Origin: Lama guanicoe
Taxonomy: Eukaryota
DNA: 64,000 nucleotides
Assembly (NCBI GenBank): GCA_013239625.1
Contig: MU053810.1
Location: 939,320 to 1,003,319 of the forward strand
Direction: 5' to 3'
The notes beneath the pieces are model-generated. The model was not told the DNA's origin. It ran no database searches and saw only the letters and a list, made by a program, of their open reading frames with translations. This document shows positions 41,176 through 58,179 of the stretch, one piece after another (positions within the stretch are counted from its first letter, which is position 1; the number at the start of each line of letters is the position of its first letter). A program made the position numbers and the translations under genes.

Positions 41176-44100
41176 TAATTAATTAACTGTAATTAACTGT
41201 AATTTCAGATCTGAAATCTGTAACAGATTTGTTCAGATCTGATTTGCACAAACTGCAGAATACTTCTGTTGAGGTGAACCAGCGAAGGAGAGAACTATGA
41301 GAATAGAATAGAAAAAATCCTGTAGAATGGAATGGAATAGAAAAATCAGATCAAATGGAGAGCAGTACAAGTGTTTACAAAGATGGAATAAAACCTGAGC
41401 CCACAGAACTGCACACTGGTTTTGGTGTTAAAGATGAAATGTCTGTGAGATATGCCTAAAAATAATGGGAGGAGGCAAAACCAGAGTGGGTTAAAGATAA
41501 GCCTTAGGGAGTCAAGAATGCTGGAGTCACCAACTCCAGAAGGCTTGGAGTATTTCAACCAAAAAAATGCATATCTTGGTATGCAAAGAAAATGAATTTA
41601 CAAACTCCTTGTTGAAACTTGCTGATGGAGAGTTTGAACATTTTCCAATGAGCAAGGGATAACAAATAAAAATTAGAAGTACCCACTTAATTTGCATGAC
41701 TGTTTAGAATTTTGTCACTTTGTTTTAATTCAAATAAACATATTTATAAGGGCTTTTATTGTTTAATGCTAACTTTCTCTTTCTACCACCAATATTCTTC
41801 TTGTAAGAGAGATGATCTTAATCTTGCTCTGCAGGATGGACTTTAGAGACACCTTGAACTGGGGTTTTTTTTGTGTGTGTGTATGTGTCTATTAGATTTC
41901 TTCAGCTGTTTTGAAAGCAATCTTCATAAAATACTTTTCATGTCAAATAACGCTGTCGGGAACTTTTCACTCTCAGCAGTTGCTGGAAGACTGGGGTGCT
42001 ATTGTCCACAGTGATGTAACATAAATCATTTTCCTGAATAGAGTTTGATGTCTCGAGTTGTTCCGCCGTTGCGGACTGTGTTTGTTCATAATGGGCAATG
42101 GAAATGTGAAAGAAAAGAGGCATACTGTCCTTTCATCTCTGAGTGACATTACACACAAATAGCAGTGCTTCTTGCCTGTGAAAACCTGAAGGTGACAGAC
42201 TAAAGAAGCACTCTCAGTGCATTCTGAAAATTGCCTGGATGGCGAATCTTTCTCACAAGGGAGAAGCTAAAACTTTACTGGAATTTTTTTTTTCATGATC
42301 TCATTTCTATTAACTTTTGAAGGTTTACAGCAGTTAGAGTATTTTTGCTTCTATGTATGAAGGTTAAAAAAAATCTTTTTTTTTTGCATAAAATACTAGA
42401 GCAACCAGTTTCATCATCGAGTAAAAGTAAAAACTGGGGTTCTCTTAAATTAGTCCAGAGTGGCATTTATGGACTTAGTGTTTGGAATTTTATTTTGACC
42501 CAGCTTACAGGGTTTCTATTGTGATTTTGACAAAGGATGTCATGTAACAATTAGGGTAAACTCATTGGAGTCATGCCTTTATGAAGCAATGCTGTCCGTC
42601 TAAGAGCTGCCAACAGTATCTTTAATATTTTGAGGGAAGTCATGAGAAAACAAAATAACAGCAACATTAGGGCAGGAAATTTACCTGGTTCTCCCCATTT
42701 TCTAAAAGACTGTGTGGCACAGAGTGTCAATAAATACTAGATAGACTGATTGATTATTGGCTTACCAACAGGCTGAATTTTCATCTGCACTATTTCTTTT
42801 TTCCTTGGAATTGGATAGAACTACTCAATCTTGAGATGCACTTTGGTTTTGTTTTGTGGCTTAAGTGTGCCACTTGGCATAATCCAAGAAGGACATTCAT
42901 TTTGTGAGCTCCCTTTGAAAATATCAGACACTTAGTAATGGATGTCAAATGGTCAGCTGTTTCTTCCACAAGGAAAGTGTCTTCTAAAGCCAATCTATGT
43001 ATAGGTAGAATTCCTACCATCTTTGTCATCCTTTTTGCCTTTTCTGTTTGTCCGTAACCATCCTTTCTATGTGTACATGTTGCCACTAAAGATTTGGCTA
43101 GGAATCCTGAGAGAAGGCTTGCATTGTGTTGTCTAAGTTACCAAATTAATGAAGGCAAAGACTTTGAATCACAGCTTTTAAGTAAGTTTCAACCAAAGAA
43201 GTAAGAATAGAATATAATGTTCTGCACTACCCAGAAATAATTGTGGCTTTCAAGTGAATACGTATTAAAATGCTTGATTGGATTTAGTAGAAAAAATTTA
43301 CTTACTTTGAGAGAAATTGAAAGCCTGTTAAGGAAAAAAACAGTGACAGGACTTCATTTGTTCCTGAATTAGTTTACTTGATGGAAGGTTTCTCTCTACA
43401 GGAGAGAGAACTTTCTATTAAAGGACCTGAATTCACCATTAGAAAGACTAGTGAAAAGTCATAAGATCTTTTGGCCAGGATGTGACTCTGAAGTAGAGAC
43501 TTGTATGTAAACAGCCATGCAGCATCCATGGTACCGGGTGAAAACCGCTGCAGGTAGGATGAATGCCACACGCTGTCAGTATTTCTGCAGAAATTACCAA
43601 TTACAAACACTTGGAGAATTTCTTTGAAGTTTACCAAACTAAAATATGGTTTGGAAATCTTTTTCTCATTGAGATAGATACCATCAATGACATAATTCTT
43701 TCCAAAGATAATGCTCAGTGGCTTGAGATTAAAGACAACTGTATGACAAAATTCCAACCTAAGTAATACTGGGTAATTCTGGTGTGAGATATGGAAGTTC
43801 TAAGTCCAGTTGCTATCATATTCCTTTCTGAGTTAAGATTTTTCCTGGTTTTGTCTTAATGGGAATATTAAAATTGATTCGATGTGAAAGATAAACATTT
43901 CTCTGATAAAAACTACTTACTGGTTTCAAATTGCCGGCCAAATAATAACACCCTTTCATGGAAATTCACTTCTGAGAATAATTAAATTTTACTCTCATTT
44001 AATTGGAGTATTTTGAATTCACTTCATCCTTTGCCAGAAATGGCCATTAAATTTTACATTAAAATGATAGTAGAGGAGATCCTTCTTTGTGAAAATGTTT

Positions 44101-44189
44101 TTATACGTTATCTACATGAAGGAAAGCATTTTCTAAACAGTAAAATGTATATGTAAATTTTTGTGACTAAATAATACGTAGCTTTCCTC

Positions 44190-46375
44190 AAAAAGAAAAG
44201 GAGATAAAAACACTTAACAATCTTGCAATAGAAGAAAATTACCTTAACATGCTAAAGGTTGTATACAAGAAACGCACTGCTAACATCATATTCAGGTGAC
44301 AGACTAAAAGCTTTTTCTTTAAGACCTGGAATGAGACAAAATGCTCTCTTTTTATCACTTCTGTCGATATAATACTGGAAGTCTCTGCCAAAAGCAATTA
44401 GAAAAGAAAAATGAATAAAAGCCATGGAAATTGGAAATGAACAAATAAAATTACCTCTCTTCACAGAAAATGTGATCTTAAATGTACAACATCCTAGAAA
44501 GTCCATGAAAAAATTTTAGAACAAATAAATTCTTCAGAGTTGCAGGAAAAAAGATCAATACACAAAATCTGTTGCACTTCTATACACCAACAATGAATAA
44601 TCTCAAAAGGAAATTAAGAAAAAAATTCCATTAACAATAGCATCAAACAGTATAAAATATTTAGGAGTAAACATAACGAAGGAGATGAAAGACATGTGGA
44701 AAACTAAAAATTGTTGCTAAGAGAAATTAAAGATAAATAAATGAAAGACATCTCATGTTCACGGATTGGAAGAATTAATATTGCTTACATGTCATTACTA
44801 CTCAAAGCAATCTATAGATTCAATGTAATCCTCAAAATACCAAGAATATTTTTTGCAGGAATAGTAAAATCCATTCTAGAATGCATATGGAATCCCAAAG
44901 GACCCCAAACAAGTGAAACAATCTTAAAAAAGAACCACGTTATAGCCCTCACACTTCCTGATTTCAAAATTTATTACAAAGCTACAGTAATTAAAAGACT
45001 ATGGAAATGGCATAAAGACAGACATATAGACCAACAGAATAAACTAAAGAGCCTAGAAATAAACTCTCTCTTAGATGGTCAGATGATTTTTAACAAGGGT
45101 GCCAAGATCATTCAACAGGGGAGAGGACCATCTTTTCAACAAAGTGTTGCAAAAACTGGTTATCTACATGCAGAAAGATTAAACTTCGACCAAGGCCTTA
45201 CAGTATATATAAAATTAACTCAAAATGGGTTAAAGACCTAAATGTAAGATCTAAATGTACAAAACTCTTAAAAGAAACACAGGGGAAAATCTTCACAATA
45301 CTGGATTTGGCTATGATTTCTTGGCACTCACAGGCAAGACACGAAAAACTAGATAAATTAGAGCTCATCAAAATGAAAAACTTTTGTGTATCAAAAGACA
45401 CTGTCAGTTTGATACAACATTGTAAAATGATTATAAATCAATAAAAAATGTTAAAAAAAAAGACACTGTCAGAATGAAAAGTCAGTCCATGGAATGGAAG
45501 AAGATATTTGCAAATCATATGTGTAAGACATTGACATGCAGAATATATAAAGAGCTCTTACAACTGAACAACAAAAACAACCTGATAAAAAAATTCACAA
45601 AGACTCTACATAAACATTTCTCCAAAGAAGATATACAGATGTCTAATAAACACATGAAAAGTTCAACATTAATATTCATAAAATGTAAATCAAGGCCATA
45701 ATGAGGTATCACCTCGCACTCACTGGGATGTCTATTATAAACAAAATCAGAGAAAATGGCAAATGTTGGCAAAGATATTGAGCAATTGGAACATTTGCAC
45801 ATTGTTGATGGGAATGTAAAACCTCTTAGTTTCTGTGTAAATGTCATGGCAATACTGTAAAATGTTAATTATCATATGATACGGACATTTGAATCTGGAG
45901 ATATATCAAAAAGAAATGAAAGCAGGGACTCCAACAGATATTTGTACACCCATATTCATAACAGCATTATTCCCAAAAGCTAAAAGGTAGAAACAAGCCA
46001 GGCATCCTGTAGCAGATGAATGAATAAAATGTTACAGATACATACAATGGAGTATTACTCAGCTTTGAAAAGGGAAGAAGTTCTGACACATGCTACAGCA
46101 TGGATGAAGCTTGAGGACATTATACTAAGTGAACTAAGCCAGTCACAAAAGGACAATGATTCCATTTGTATGTGGTACCTAGAGTGGTCAAATTCACAGA
46201 AATAGAAAGTAGATCAGTGGTTGCCAAGGGCTGAAGGGACGGTGGGAGGGTTTCAGTTGGGGAAAATGAAAAAGTTCTGAAGTTGGATGATGGTGATGCT
46301 TGCATAACAGTGTGAATGTGTTTATTACCACAAAGCTATACATTTAAAAATGATAAATGTTATGTATGTTTTGGG
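44190..46375 (+). mobile_element. 5'-truncated L1 (ORF2 C-terminal half + 3'UTR)
   Basis: ORFs 44741-45241 (KDISCSRIGRINI...LPDFKIYYKATVIK..WHKDRHIDQ), 45474-45701 and 46020-46205 are ORF2 pieces broken by stops and frameshifts. Confidence 0.9.
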
Positions 46376-46464
46376 TCAGTTTTCTGGAAAGAGCAGGACT
46401 TATCTTTAAGGAAAGACTTATAACTGTGCCTCACAGAGCTTTCAGGAGGAAAAGAAATGTACAT

Positions 46465-46670
46465 TATTAATTATTAATATTATATTAAAATAATATATAC
46501 CATAATTATATTGTGATATTAATAATTATAACCATATTAATCATAATCAATATCATATTGTATATAATAGTAATTATATAATAAATAATAATATATTATA
46601 GTATTATAATATATTATAACATTATATTATATTAATATATTAATGTTTAATATATTAATTAATGAATTAT
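46465..46670. repeat. AT-rich low-complexity tract
   Basis: Nearly pure A/T (tat/att/aat repeats). Confidence 0.9.
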
Positions 46671-48204
46671 TAGGCCCAGGCAAAATTGTGAAATAGCTTG
46701 CTTTTAGTACTTCTACCTCTCTCTTTTTAGATTTTTCCCTAATTCTTATATTTTCTTTGTCTTGTAAGAACTTTATATCGTGGTGATCGACCCTTACCAT
46801 ACTTTACTGAGTTTATCCTGAGTTCTGCAATCAATTTCTGTGTCGTTACCATGTTTAAAACTTTCTTCTATCTCTGCCCATTTTCTCAGAAGCTTGTCCT
46901 ATGTTAACTATCACTTGAGGATATAATTTAATATTTTTCTCCAATTAAGGTGTTAATGATTGAATCTATGAATGAATCTGCAGTGAATTTTTAATGATAG
47001 AATCTGGCATGGCAGAAGCCAATTCAGGAGATAATTGGGGCTTCCGATCAACCTCAAATCACAGCATGGAGACAGTTCTCCCTTGTTGACTACAGTGTTT
47101 CTGACCTTTGGGATCGCAAAACTGAAAACAAAATGATGAGTTTCATAAGTTCAAAAAGCCCAGGAAACATGGATTCTACTGATAAGTTTCTGCGTAACAC
47201 GCCTCATTGTTCCCTGGCCTGCCTACAGCACCACTTGGTAGCAGGGAAACCTCCAGGGAGGCCGATTTTAGCATAGCAAGTTCTATCAGATTTGAATGTA
47301 AATGTGTGGCCTATGAAATTAAAAGGCAAATCAACCATGATTCAGGACAAATCATTCAAATGGTTTAAAATACACAATTCTCTATTGGGAGCAAATGAAT
47401 ACTTCAAAAATTTTCTGGTGCCTTTTTGAATAATCCAGCAGTTATTAGAAGCTCATGATTGCTTTTTTAAAAATAAGAATTAGTTGGAAAATGTATGCTC
47501 ATTAGATTCATTTTGTAACAAAAAGAACCCCTGTTGAGACTATTCGGAAGTAAAAATGTTTTATTTAGCTATTTTTCTAGGTCTAATACTTCCAGAACAC
47601 ATCATCATTATCCTTGTGTATAAAAGAGAACAAAGAACATTGGAAACAGACCTCAACTAAGTAATTGTAATGCAAGGTCTCTTGTTATTTAAAAACTGTT
47701 TGACACCTATGTGAGAATGTGTGTAAATCTCATAAATTTCGCAAAATATAATGATAAGAATAATTTAGAATATTTAGTAATCACAAATAGATGATTGCAA
47801 ATATTGCTGAGAACCAAAAGAGACTTGAAAACAGATACATATTTATGCAGGTACATTCATAGCTAGTTAAGTGACATGCACACATTTATATACAAATAAC
47901 TATATAATTTAGTTCATTTTCTGTTCAGCCAGATTCCCTGGACCAGTAGGGGTCCATGAGGTAATGACTGGGATATTCTGACTGTTCTAAGTATTTCAAA
48001 GGCCTTAAGGCAATTGTCAGTTTCACCGTGGTACAACTCATAGACTAATCAAGTTTCTTAGCTTTTAGATAGAATGACATCAATTCTGCCTGGAAATACA
48101 TTTCCTCAGGCTAACTAGAAACTCTGATGGACCTCTAATTCTGGATCTTTGGTGAAAATGGGTCAGTGGATTCAAAATGAGACATTAGAAGAGAACTTTA
48201 AGAA

Positions 48205-48410
48205 TTCATGTTCTGGAGTCAAAAAAACCCCCAAAACACGGGTTCGAATCTTGGTCCCTACACTTACTAGCTGTTTTATCCCAGGGGCATTACTTAATGT
48301 CTCCAACACCATCGTCCAGGTTTCTTCATAAAGAAAATGCCTGCTTTATGAGGTTGCTGTAAGGAATAAATAGAGTGCAGTGGAACGCCTAGGACAGAAC
48401 TAAGATGCCC
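48205..48410 (+). mobile_element. MIR SINE remnant
   Basis: tctggagtca...gggttcgaatcttggtccctacacttactagctg...gaggttgctgtaagg. Confidence 0.65.
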
Positions 48411-48935
48411 ATTAATATTACAGAACTCAGCTGCTTTGTAAAACATTTCAAAATAAGGAATCCAGGACTAAAATTAATAAAATAAGCCATCAGTGGTCAT
48501 AAAGCAGGTTTAGCTAATGTCATTTAAAAGCATCATTTCTAAATCAGCTTTCAGTGCTCACATGGACGATCTCAAGAACCTGTGCCAGATGGACTATTAC
48601 TAAATAATATTTTGCCCAAAATCTGATTGAATAAAAATTATGCTTTTGTGACTAGGTTGCCAGGCCCTGTCTAGCTGTTAACCAGCACATTTATTCCCAC
48701 CGTAGCTAATACAACCAGTTAGGACAAAAACAAACTTGTCAAAGGAGAATCTCCACAGTTACTAAGAACTACAACCCAAGTATGGTACATTTGCAGTTGA
48801 ATTAATCTATTTTTTAAAGAGTGACATTTGCAGATGTTGGATGATGGAATAAAGTCCTCCCTGGATGGTTATTGTGAAGAACCAAGTGTCCAAGTCCTTC
48901 TGCTTCTCCCAGACCTCTTAGATAGCTTATACCAA

Positions 48936-49022
48936 GAAAGATAGAAAGAAAGGAAGAAAGGAAGAGAAAGAAAGAAAGGAAGGAAGGAAGGAAGGAAGGA
49001 AGGAAGGAAGGAAGGAAGAAAA
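48936..49022. repeat. (GAAA)/(GGAA)n purine microsatellite
   Basis: Direct observation. Confidence 0.95.
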
Positions 49023-49539
49023 GCCAGAAAATGCCTTTGTTGTGGTAAAAGCACCAAGAATTTCAAGAACATTGAGATTCAACAGGAAGGTGCTATGCTT
49101 AATTCCAGGGGTCCATCCCAGCCATGGGTGGTTGAGTTTCCATCAGAGGGTCCTCTCTGAATGGGTCAGCCCAAATCTGAAACTCTCATATGCCTGAATG
49201 GCTGGAACATTGAGGTGGATTTGAAGATGTCCCTTTAATAATAAGCCCTCATATGTTATGGTGCCTAAGAGTTATATTTTTACACACATTATGCCATTAG
49301 ATCCTCATAGTAATCATTTGAAGGAGACAGGGCAGGATGTCATTGTTGTAATTTTACAAGTGAAAAAACGGCTTGCTGCCTTCAGTAAATAGAGACAAGA
49401 CCAGTATTGGGTCCTCAGTTTTCTGACCTTCTGTGGCTTTCTTTCTGTTGGGCCATACTGGACCATTCAAATGTTACATGCAAAAAGGCTTTGCATTGAT
49501 AAAGTAGACTTAAAATGTGAAAAATCATCTTGATGTTAA

Positions 49540-49821
<282 letters not shown>

Positions 49822-50194
49822 TAATAATAGTGATGCATCTGTTATAACTACAATTAAATGTTAAAGTATGTGTATTTCCCTAGAGATAATTTTAAGTAAG
49901 CAGATATTGTGCCTTCAGACATTAGGTGCTTGAAATGCTTGTGGAAAAACAGTCATGCTGGAATTCCATTCAAAAATCCTGATTTCATGAATATTAATAC
50001 AATTTTGATTAACTTACACTTGAAATAATTTCTCGGTGTTCCAGAATAATATTTTTGATCAGGAAGTCAATGCCTTGTGAAGTTTTCAGAGCTAAGTTTG
50101 AAAACCTATCAGAACATTAACAACATCACTCTGTCAGTGTTTGAAGTCTACGAAACCTAGGGGCAGAGTGATTAAGATGTAGTATTGATTTGCT

Positions 50195-51360
50195 GTTTAC
50201 TGTTCTCATTTTGATCATTCTGTGAGGTGTGTTGTGGTACCTCATTGTAATTTGAACTTGAATTTTCCTGATGACTTGATATTGATCCATTTTGCATAGG
50301 TTATTGGCTATTAATGTACCTTCTTTTATGAATTTTCTGCTCATATTTTGTCTAATTTTTATTGGACTACTTGTCTTTCATGAATTAGTTGTACTTTTTT
50401 TTTTAAATTTTGGAGTAGTTTTAGATTCACCAAAGAACTGAGCAGACGTCACAGGGATTTCCCATATGTCCCCTTCCCTGATGTACACACAGCCTTGTCC
50501 ACTATGAAAATCTCACACCAGATGGCTGCATTTGTCACAATCAGTGAACCTACATGGATACATCACTATCACCCGAAGTCCGTAGTTTATATTGGGGTTC
50601 ATTCTTGGTGTTATATGTTCTCTGGATTTGGACAAATGTATAAAAACATGTCTCCACCACTATATTCTCATACAGTCAGTTTCACTGCTGTAAAAATCCT
50701 CTGTGCTTTGCCTGTTCATCTCTTCATCTCTCCCTGCCTGCTAACCCCTGGAAACCACTGAGGCTTTTAGTCTCAACGGAGTTTTGCCTTTTTCAGTGTC
50801 ATATGGTTAGGATCATATGATATGTAGCCTTTTCAGATTGACTTCTTCCACTTAGTATCATGCATTTTCATTTCCTCCATGTATTTTCAAGGCTTGATAG
50901 ATCATTTCTTTTTAGTGGTGAATAATATTCCATTGCCTGGATGTACCATAGTATATCCATTCACCTGCAGAAGGAACTCTTGGCTATTTCTAACAGTTTG
51001 GCAACTATGAATAAAGCTGCCATAAACATCCAGGTGCTGATTTTTGTGTGAACATGAGTTTTCAACTCTTTTGTGTAAATACTAAGGAGCATGCTTGTTG
51101 AATTGTACGGTGAAAGTCTGTTTAGTTTTGTAAGAAACTGCTAAACAGTCTTCCAAAGTGGCTGTACCATTTTGATTTCCACTAGCAATGAAAGAGAGCT
51201 CTTTGCACCAGTTTTTATGTGTCATATATTCCGATTCTTTGTAAGAATTATGGTTATTTTTTCCAAGTCTGTGCAATATGTATTCATCTTATTGATATTT
51301 TTAATGAATAGAAGCCTTTAATTTTTATGAGACCCACTTTCTCTGTTTTACTATGCCAAA
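50195..51360 (-). mobile_element. Old L1 fragments (L1MC-like 3'UTR nested in L1 ORF2 end)
   Basis: Antisense ORF2 motif (IRKIQVQITMRYHNTP) and 3'UTR motifs (catcactatcacccgaagtcc). Confidence 0.7.
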
Positions 51361-51389
51361 TTTGTTGAGATGAAGGTTGTTCTTAATAG

Positions 51390-53010
51390 TTAATTATTCC
51401 TGGACAGCAGTGTGTAAGAGAATGAAATCAGAATGTTCTCTGACAGCATATACAAAAATAAACTTAAAATGCATTAAAGGCCTAAATGTAAGACCAGAAA
51501 CTATAAAACTCCTGGAGGAAAACATACACAGAACAATCTTTGACAAAAATCACAGCAATATCTTTTTGGATCTGTCTCCTAAGGCAAGGAAGTAAAAGCC
51601 AAAATAATCAAATGGGACCTAACTAAACTAAACAGCTTTTGCACAGCAATGGAAGCCATTGACAAAATGAAAAGACAGTCTGCAGAATGGAATAAAATAT
51701 TTGCAAGGGATGTGACCGGCAAGGAGTTAATATCCAAAACCAGCTCATATAACTCAACATCAAAATACAAACAACCTAAGACACAGAAAACAAACTTATA
51801 GTTACTGAAGGGGAAAGGGAGAGGGGAGGGATAAATTAGGGATTTGGGATTAACAGATACACACTATTATATATAAAATAGATAAATAACAAGGACTTAG
51901 TGTATATAGCACAGGGAACTATATTCAATATCTTATAATAACTTAAAATGGAAAAGAATATAAAAAAGAATATGTGTGTGTGTGTGTATAAAACTGAATC
52001 ACTTTGCTGTACACCCAAAACATTGTAAATCAACTATACTTCAATAAAAGATTTTTTAAAAAGAAGAGATACACACTAAAAAACAAACAATTTGATTTTA
52101 AAATGGGCAGAAGAACTGAATAGATATTTTTCCAAAGAGGAAATGCAGATGGCTAACAGGCACATAAAAACATGCTTAACATCGCTAATCATCAGGGAAA
52201 TGCAGATTAAAACCACAATTAGCTATCTCATCACACCTGTCAGAATGACTATCATCAAAAAGCACACAAATAACAAATGTTGGCAAACAAATATGGGAAA
52301 AAGGAAAACCCTCTGCACTGTTGGTGGGAATATAAATTTCTGTAGCCACAGTGAAAAACAGTATGGAGGTTTCTCAAAAAACTAAAAATAGAACTACCAT
52401 ATGACCCAGCAATTCTACTCTTGAGTATATATCTTAAAAAAACCCCAAACACTAATTCAAATATATACTTGCATCCCAATGTTCAGAGCAGCATTATTTA
52501 CAATTGCTAAGATATGGAAGCAACTTCAGTGTCCATCAACAGATGAATGAATAAAGAAGGTTTGGTATATATACACAATGGAATACTACTCAGCCATAAA
52601 AAAGAATGAAATGTTGCCATTTGCAGCAACATGGATAGACTTGGAGGGTATTATGCTAACTGAAATAAGTCAGACAGAGAAAGACAAATACTGTATGATA
52701 TTGCTTATATATGGAATCAAAAATGCAACAAACTAGTGAATATAACAAAATAAAAAAAGAGAAACAGACTCAGATAAAGAAAACAAATTAGTGGAGAGAG
52801 GGAAGGGAGAGGGGCAATAAGGAGATAGGGGATTAAGAGATACAAACTATTAGGTGAAAAACAATCTACAAATATATATTGTACAACACAGAATATAGCT
52901 AATATTTTATAATACTGTAAATGGAGCATAACCATTAAAAATTGGGAAACAGTGTATTTCTCTGTACCTTAAATAGTATTGTATGTCAGCTATATTTCAA
53001 TTAAAAATAT
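51390..53010 (+). mobile_element. L1 3' portion with a younger L1 3' end nested at about 51778-52065
   Basis: ORF2 pieces YTKINLKCIKGLNVRPETIKLLEENI and [21 protein letters not shown]. Two 3'UTR/poly(A) ends. Confidence 0.85.
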
Positions 53011-53119
53011 GTTATCCTTTCAATGACTGTAGAATGTGTCACAATAATCCCTCTATTTGATTTTTATCTCCTCTCTTTTCCTCTCTACTCCTCTTCAACT
53101 TAGGATTTTCTTTGGGCTT

Positions 53120-53156
<37 letters not shown>

Positions 53157-54092
53157 GGTTGTATTTTTTTTTCTTCTTTTTTTGTTTTTTTTTTTTATTT
53201 AGGTGGAAACTTTGGTTCACCAATTTTGATATTTATTATTCAGTTCACATATTTTCTAATTCCCCTTGTGACTAACTCCTTGATACATGGATTATTTAGA
53301 AGTATGTTGTTGAATTGCCAAATATTTGTGGGTTTTCTACATATCATTATTGACTTCTAATTTAATTACATTTTGGTGTAATACATTCTTTTATTTCAAT
53401 CTTTTAAATATTTTTGAGACTTATGCTACAGTGTATAATCTGTCTTGGTGAAAATACCATTTGAATTTGAAAAGGATGTGTATTCTGCATGTATTGGATA
53501 TAGTGGTCTGTAACTAACAATTAGGTTAAGGTAATAAAACAGTGTGTAAGTCTTAACCAATTTCTTGATTAGTTGTTCTGTCAACTGCTGACAGAGGGAT
53601 GTGAAAATCTCTTACAATGTGCATGAATCTATTTGCCCTTCATAACTGTCAATTTTTTTATATTTTGAAGCTCTACTATGAGGTGTAAATGCATATTTTT
53701 ATGCCTTCCTGATATATTGACCCTTTATTATTATGGAGTGTTCTTTCTTATCTCTTCTCATAAAATTTATGCTAAAGTCTATTAAATCTGATATTGATAT
53801 TTTATTTTTATTTTCTTTTATTTTCTTATGATGTTTTTATGATATACTTTTTTCTATCATTTATTTTCAACTTGTCTATACTCAAAGCTGTCTATTGTAG
53901 ACAGCATGTAGGTGAATCTTACTTTTATATCCATTCTGATGATTCTTTTCATTGGAGTGTTTATTTAATATAATGTAATTATTGATGTTGTTAGATTTAT
54001 TCTTTGTTTTCTGATTAAGCATTTTGTTTTAATCCTGTTTTCCTTTTCCACATTCTATTTAAGTATTTTTAAAATTCTATTTGAATTGGCTT

Positions 54093-56066
<1,974 letters not shown>

Positions 56067-58179
56067 AACTGGCTTGTAAGTTATATGTCTTCACATTTGA
56101 TTTTAGTGGTTAGTCTGTGGCATATTTCTTCACTCTTTACAGTCTGCTTAAAATTGATCTTGCAAAACTATACTTTTAATATAGAAAACTTCAAAAAGCA
56201 TAGGTCACTTACCCTTTCTCATGGTCCTTTATTTTATATAGTGATCCTATGCAGTACATCTATAACCTATGTAACATATCTCACAAGTCAGTATTATAAT
56301 TTTATCTTTAAACATTAAGAAAAATAAATATTTTATGTTTATTACTTGCAATAAGCTTCATTCCCTCTGACTATCTGAGTTTTTCTTTAGTATCATTTCT
56401 TTCTAGCTCAAAAAATTTCCTGTATTTCAGGTCTTCTAATGATAAATTAAGTATGTTAGTTTTCCTTCTCTGAAAATGTCTTTATTTTCCCTTCATTCTT
56501 GAAACATTCTGATTGGATAAAGAATTTTTCATGGACGTATTTTTTTCTTTTTGTGCATTAAGGATATTATTTCACTGTCTTCTGGCCTCCCTACTTGCCA
56601 TGTGACACTCACAGTTATTAAAATTATTGTTTTGCTGTATTTAATAAATCTTTATTTTTTGATGTTTTCAAGATTTGATCTTTTATGTTGGCTTTCAGTC
56701 ACTGGGTTATGATGTACTATGAGATTTTGAAAAATATTAATTGGGTTAATAAGCTTCATGAATGTGACATTATGTTTTCCTACCAATCTTAGAACGTGTT
56801 CCACTCTGATTTGTTCAGATTTTTTTCTGTCTCGTTCTCTTCATCCTCTCCTTCTTGGACGTCAGTACGTTAGACAGCAGGTCTTGTCACATTGAGGGGC
56901 TTCTATTTTGCTTGTGTTTTCTCTTTTTTTATGTTGAACAATTGCAATTAATCTGTCTGCAAGCCCTGTGACTTTTTCTCTTTTGTCATGTTTACTATGC
57001 TTATAAGCCTATCCAATGACTTTTAAAAATTCAGATACTGTGTACAATTTTTCATTTGACTGTTTTAAAATTATGTTAATATCTCTACGATTTATTATCT
57101 TTATTCATTATGAACATATTGTTCTTTGCTTCATTGAGCATAAATATAACTGTAGTTTAAAAATCTGCATACTCTCAGAATTGATTTCTGTTGACTATCT
57201 TTTCCCACAGTACGATCAAAACCCTCTTCTTTTGTCTGTCAAATAATCTTGAATTATGTCTTTGACATTCTAAATTTAATACTGTGGAGTCTTTGGATTC
57301 TGTTACATTCTTTAAGAGTGAGTTTGTGATTTTTTTTTTAAGTATATGATTAACTTGCTTAGGTTCAAATTGAAAACTGTTTTGTTTGTTGTGGGCAGCA
57401 GTTCAAATATCAATTCAGTTCTTTTAGTTTTAGTTACTAGAAGTGCTCTCTGCATATGGATGTTTCAATGTTAGACAGCGACTTAGGTAGAGTTTTTTTC
57501 ATTAAACATGGGCCACCCCTTTTCCTGGCTTTCTTCTTTTTAGAATTATTCCCTTTATTTATGGTGGACCTTGATGTCCCTGGCTCCTTTCCATGACTCT
57601 TCAGGCTAAGGAGATGAGGAACGTTTCAATCAGAGTTTTAGCCACACAAGCCAGCTGGAACTGTAGCCTAAATTCAGGCCAAACCCTGAGGGAATCTAAC
57701 TTCTTCTGATTCCTTCCTCAAAGTTTCTGTTACCATAAAAATTTGTCCTTTTAGTTTTTCTTTAAATCCTCCTGTGTTTCCAGCTTTTACATTTTTCTTC
57801 TTCCTTTTTTTTAATATAAGCATTATTTTTATCATTGGTTTTTCTAACACCAGCATGTTCTAAACTGCTCTATGCTGCCCTACTGAAGGTCCATAGGAAC
57901 CATAATCCAATCCTTAATCCCTGGCAGGCTGCGTTATTTAGACAGGGGGTTGGATTATTTTATTAAGAAGAAACAGGAAAAGACAAAGAATGGAAAAAAA
58001 TCTCACATTCTTACTCTCTAGATCTAGTTTTTGCAAACTTTATAGTCATTAATATCTGTTCATTTTGAAATCAGTGAAAAATAAATTTTTTTATGTATTA
58101 TTTCAAAACCTTTTTATTGAGCATATACACTATTCCACACACTATTCAAAAGAATTTCATAAGATGTCTTTTGTAAGAC

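Noticed and set aside
53057..53360. Phe-rich ORFs
   Set aside because: Translation of a poly(T) tract and antisense L1.
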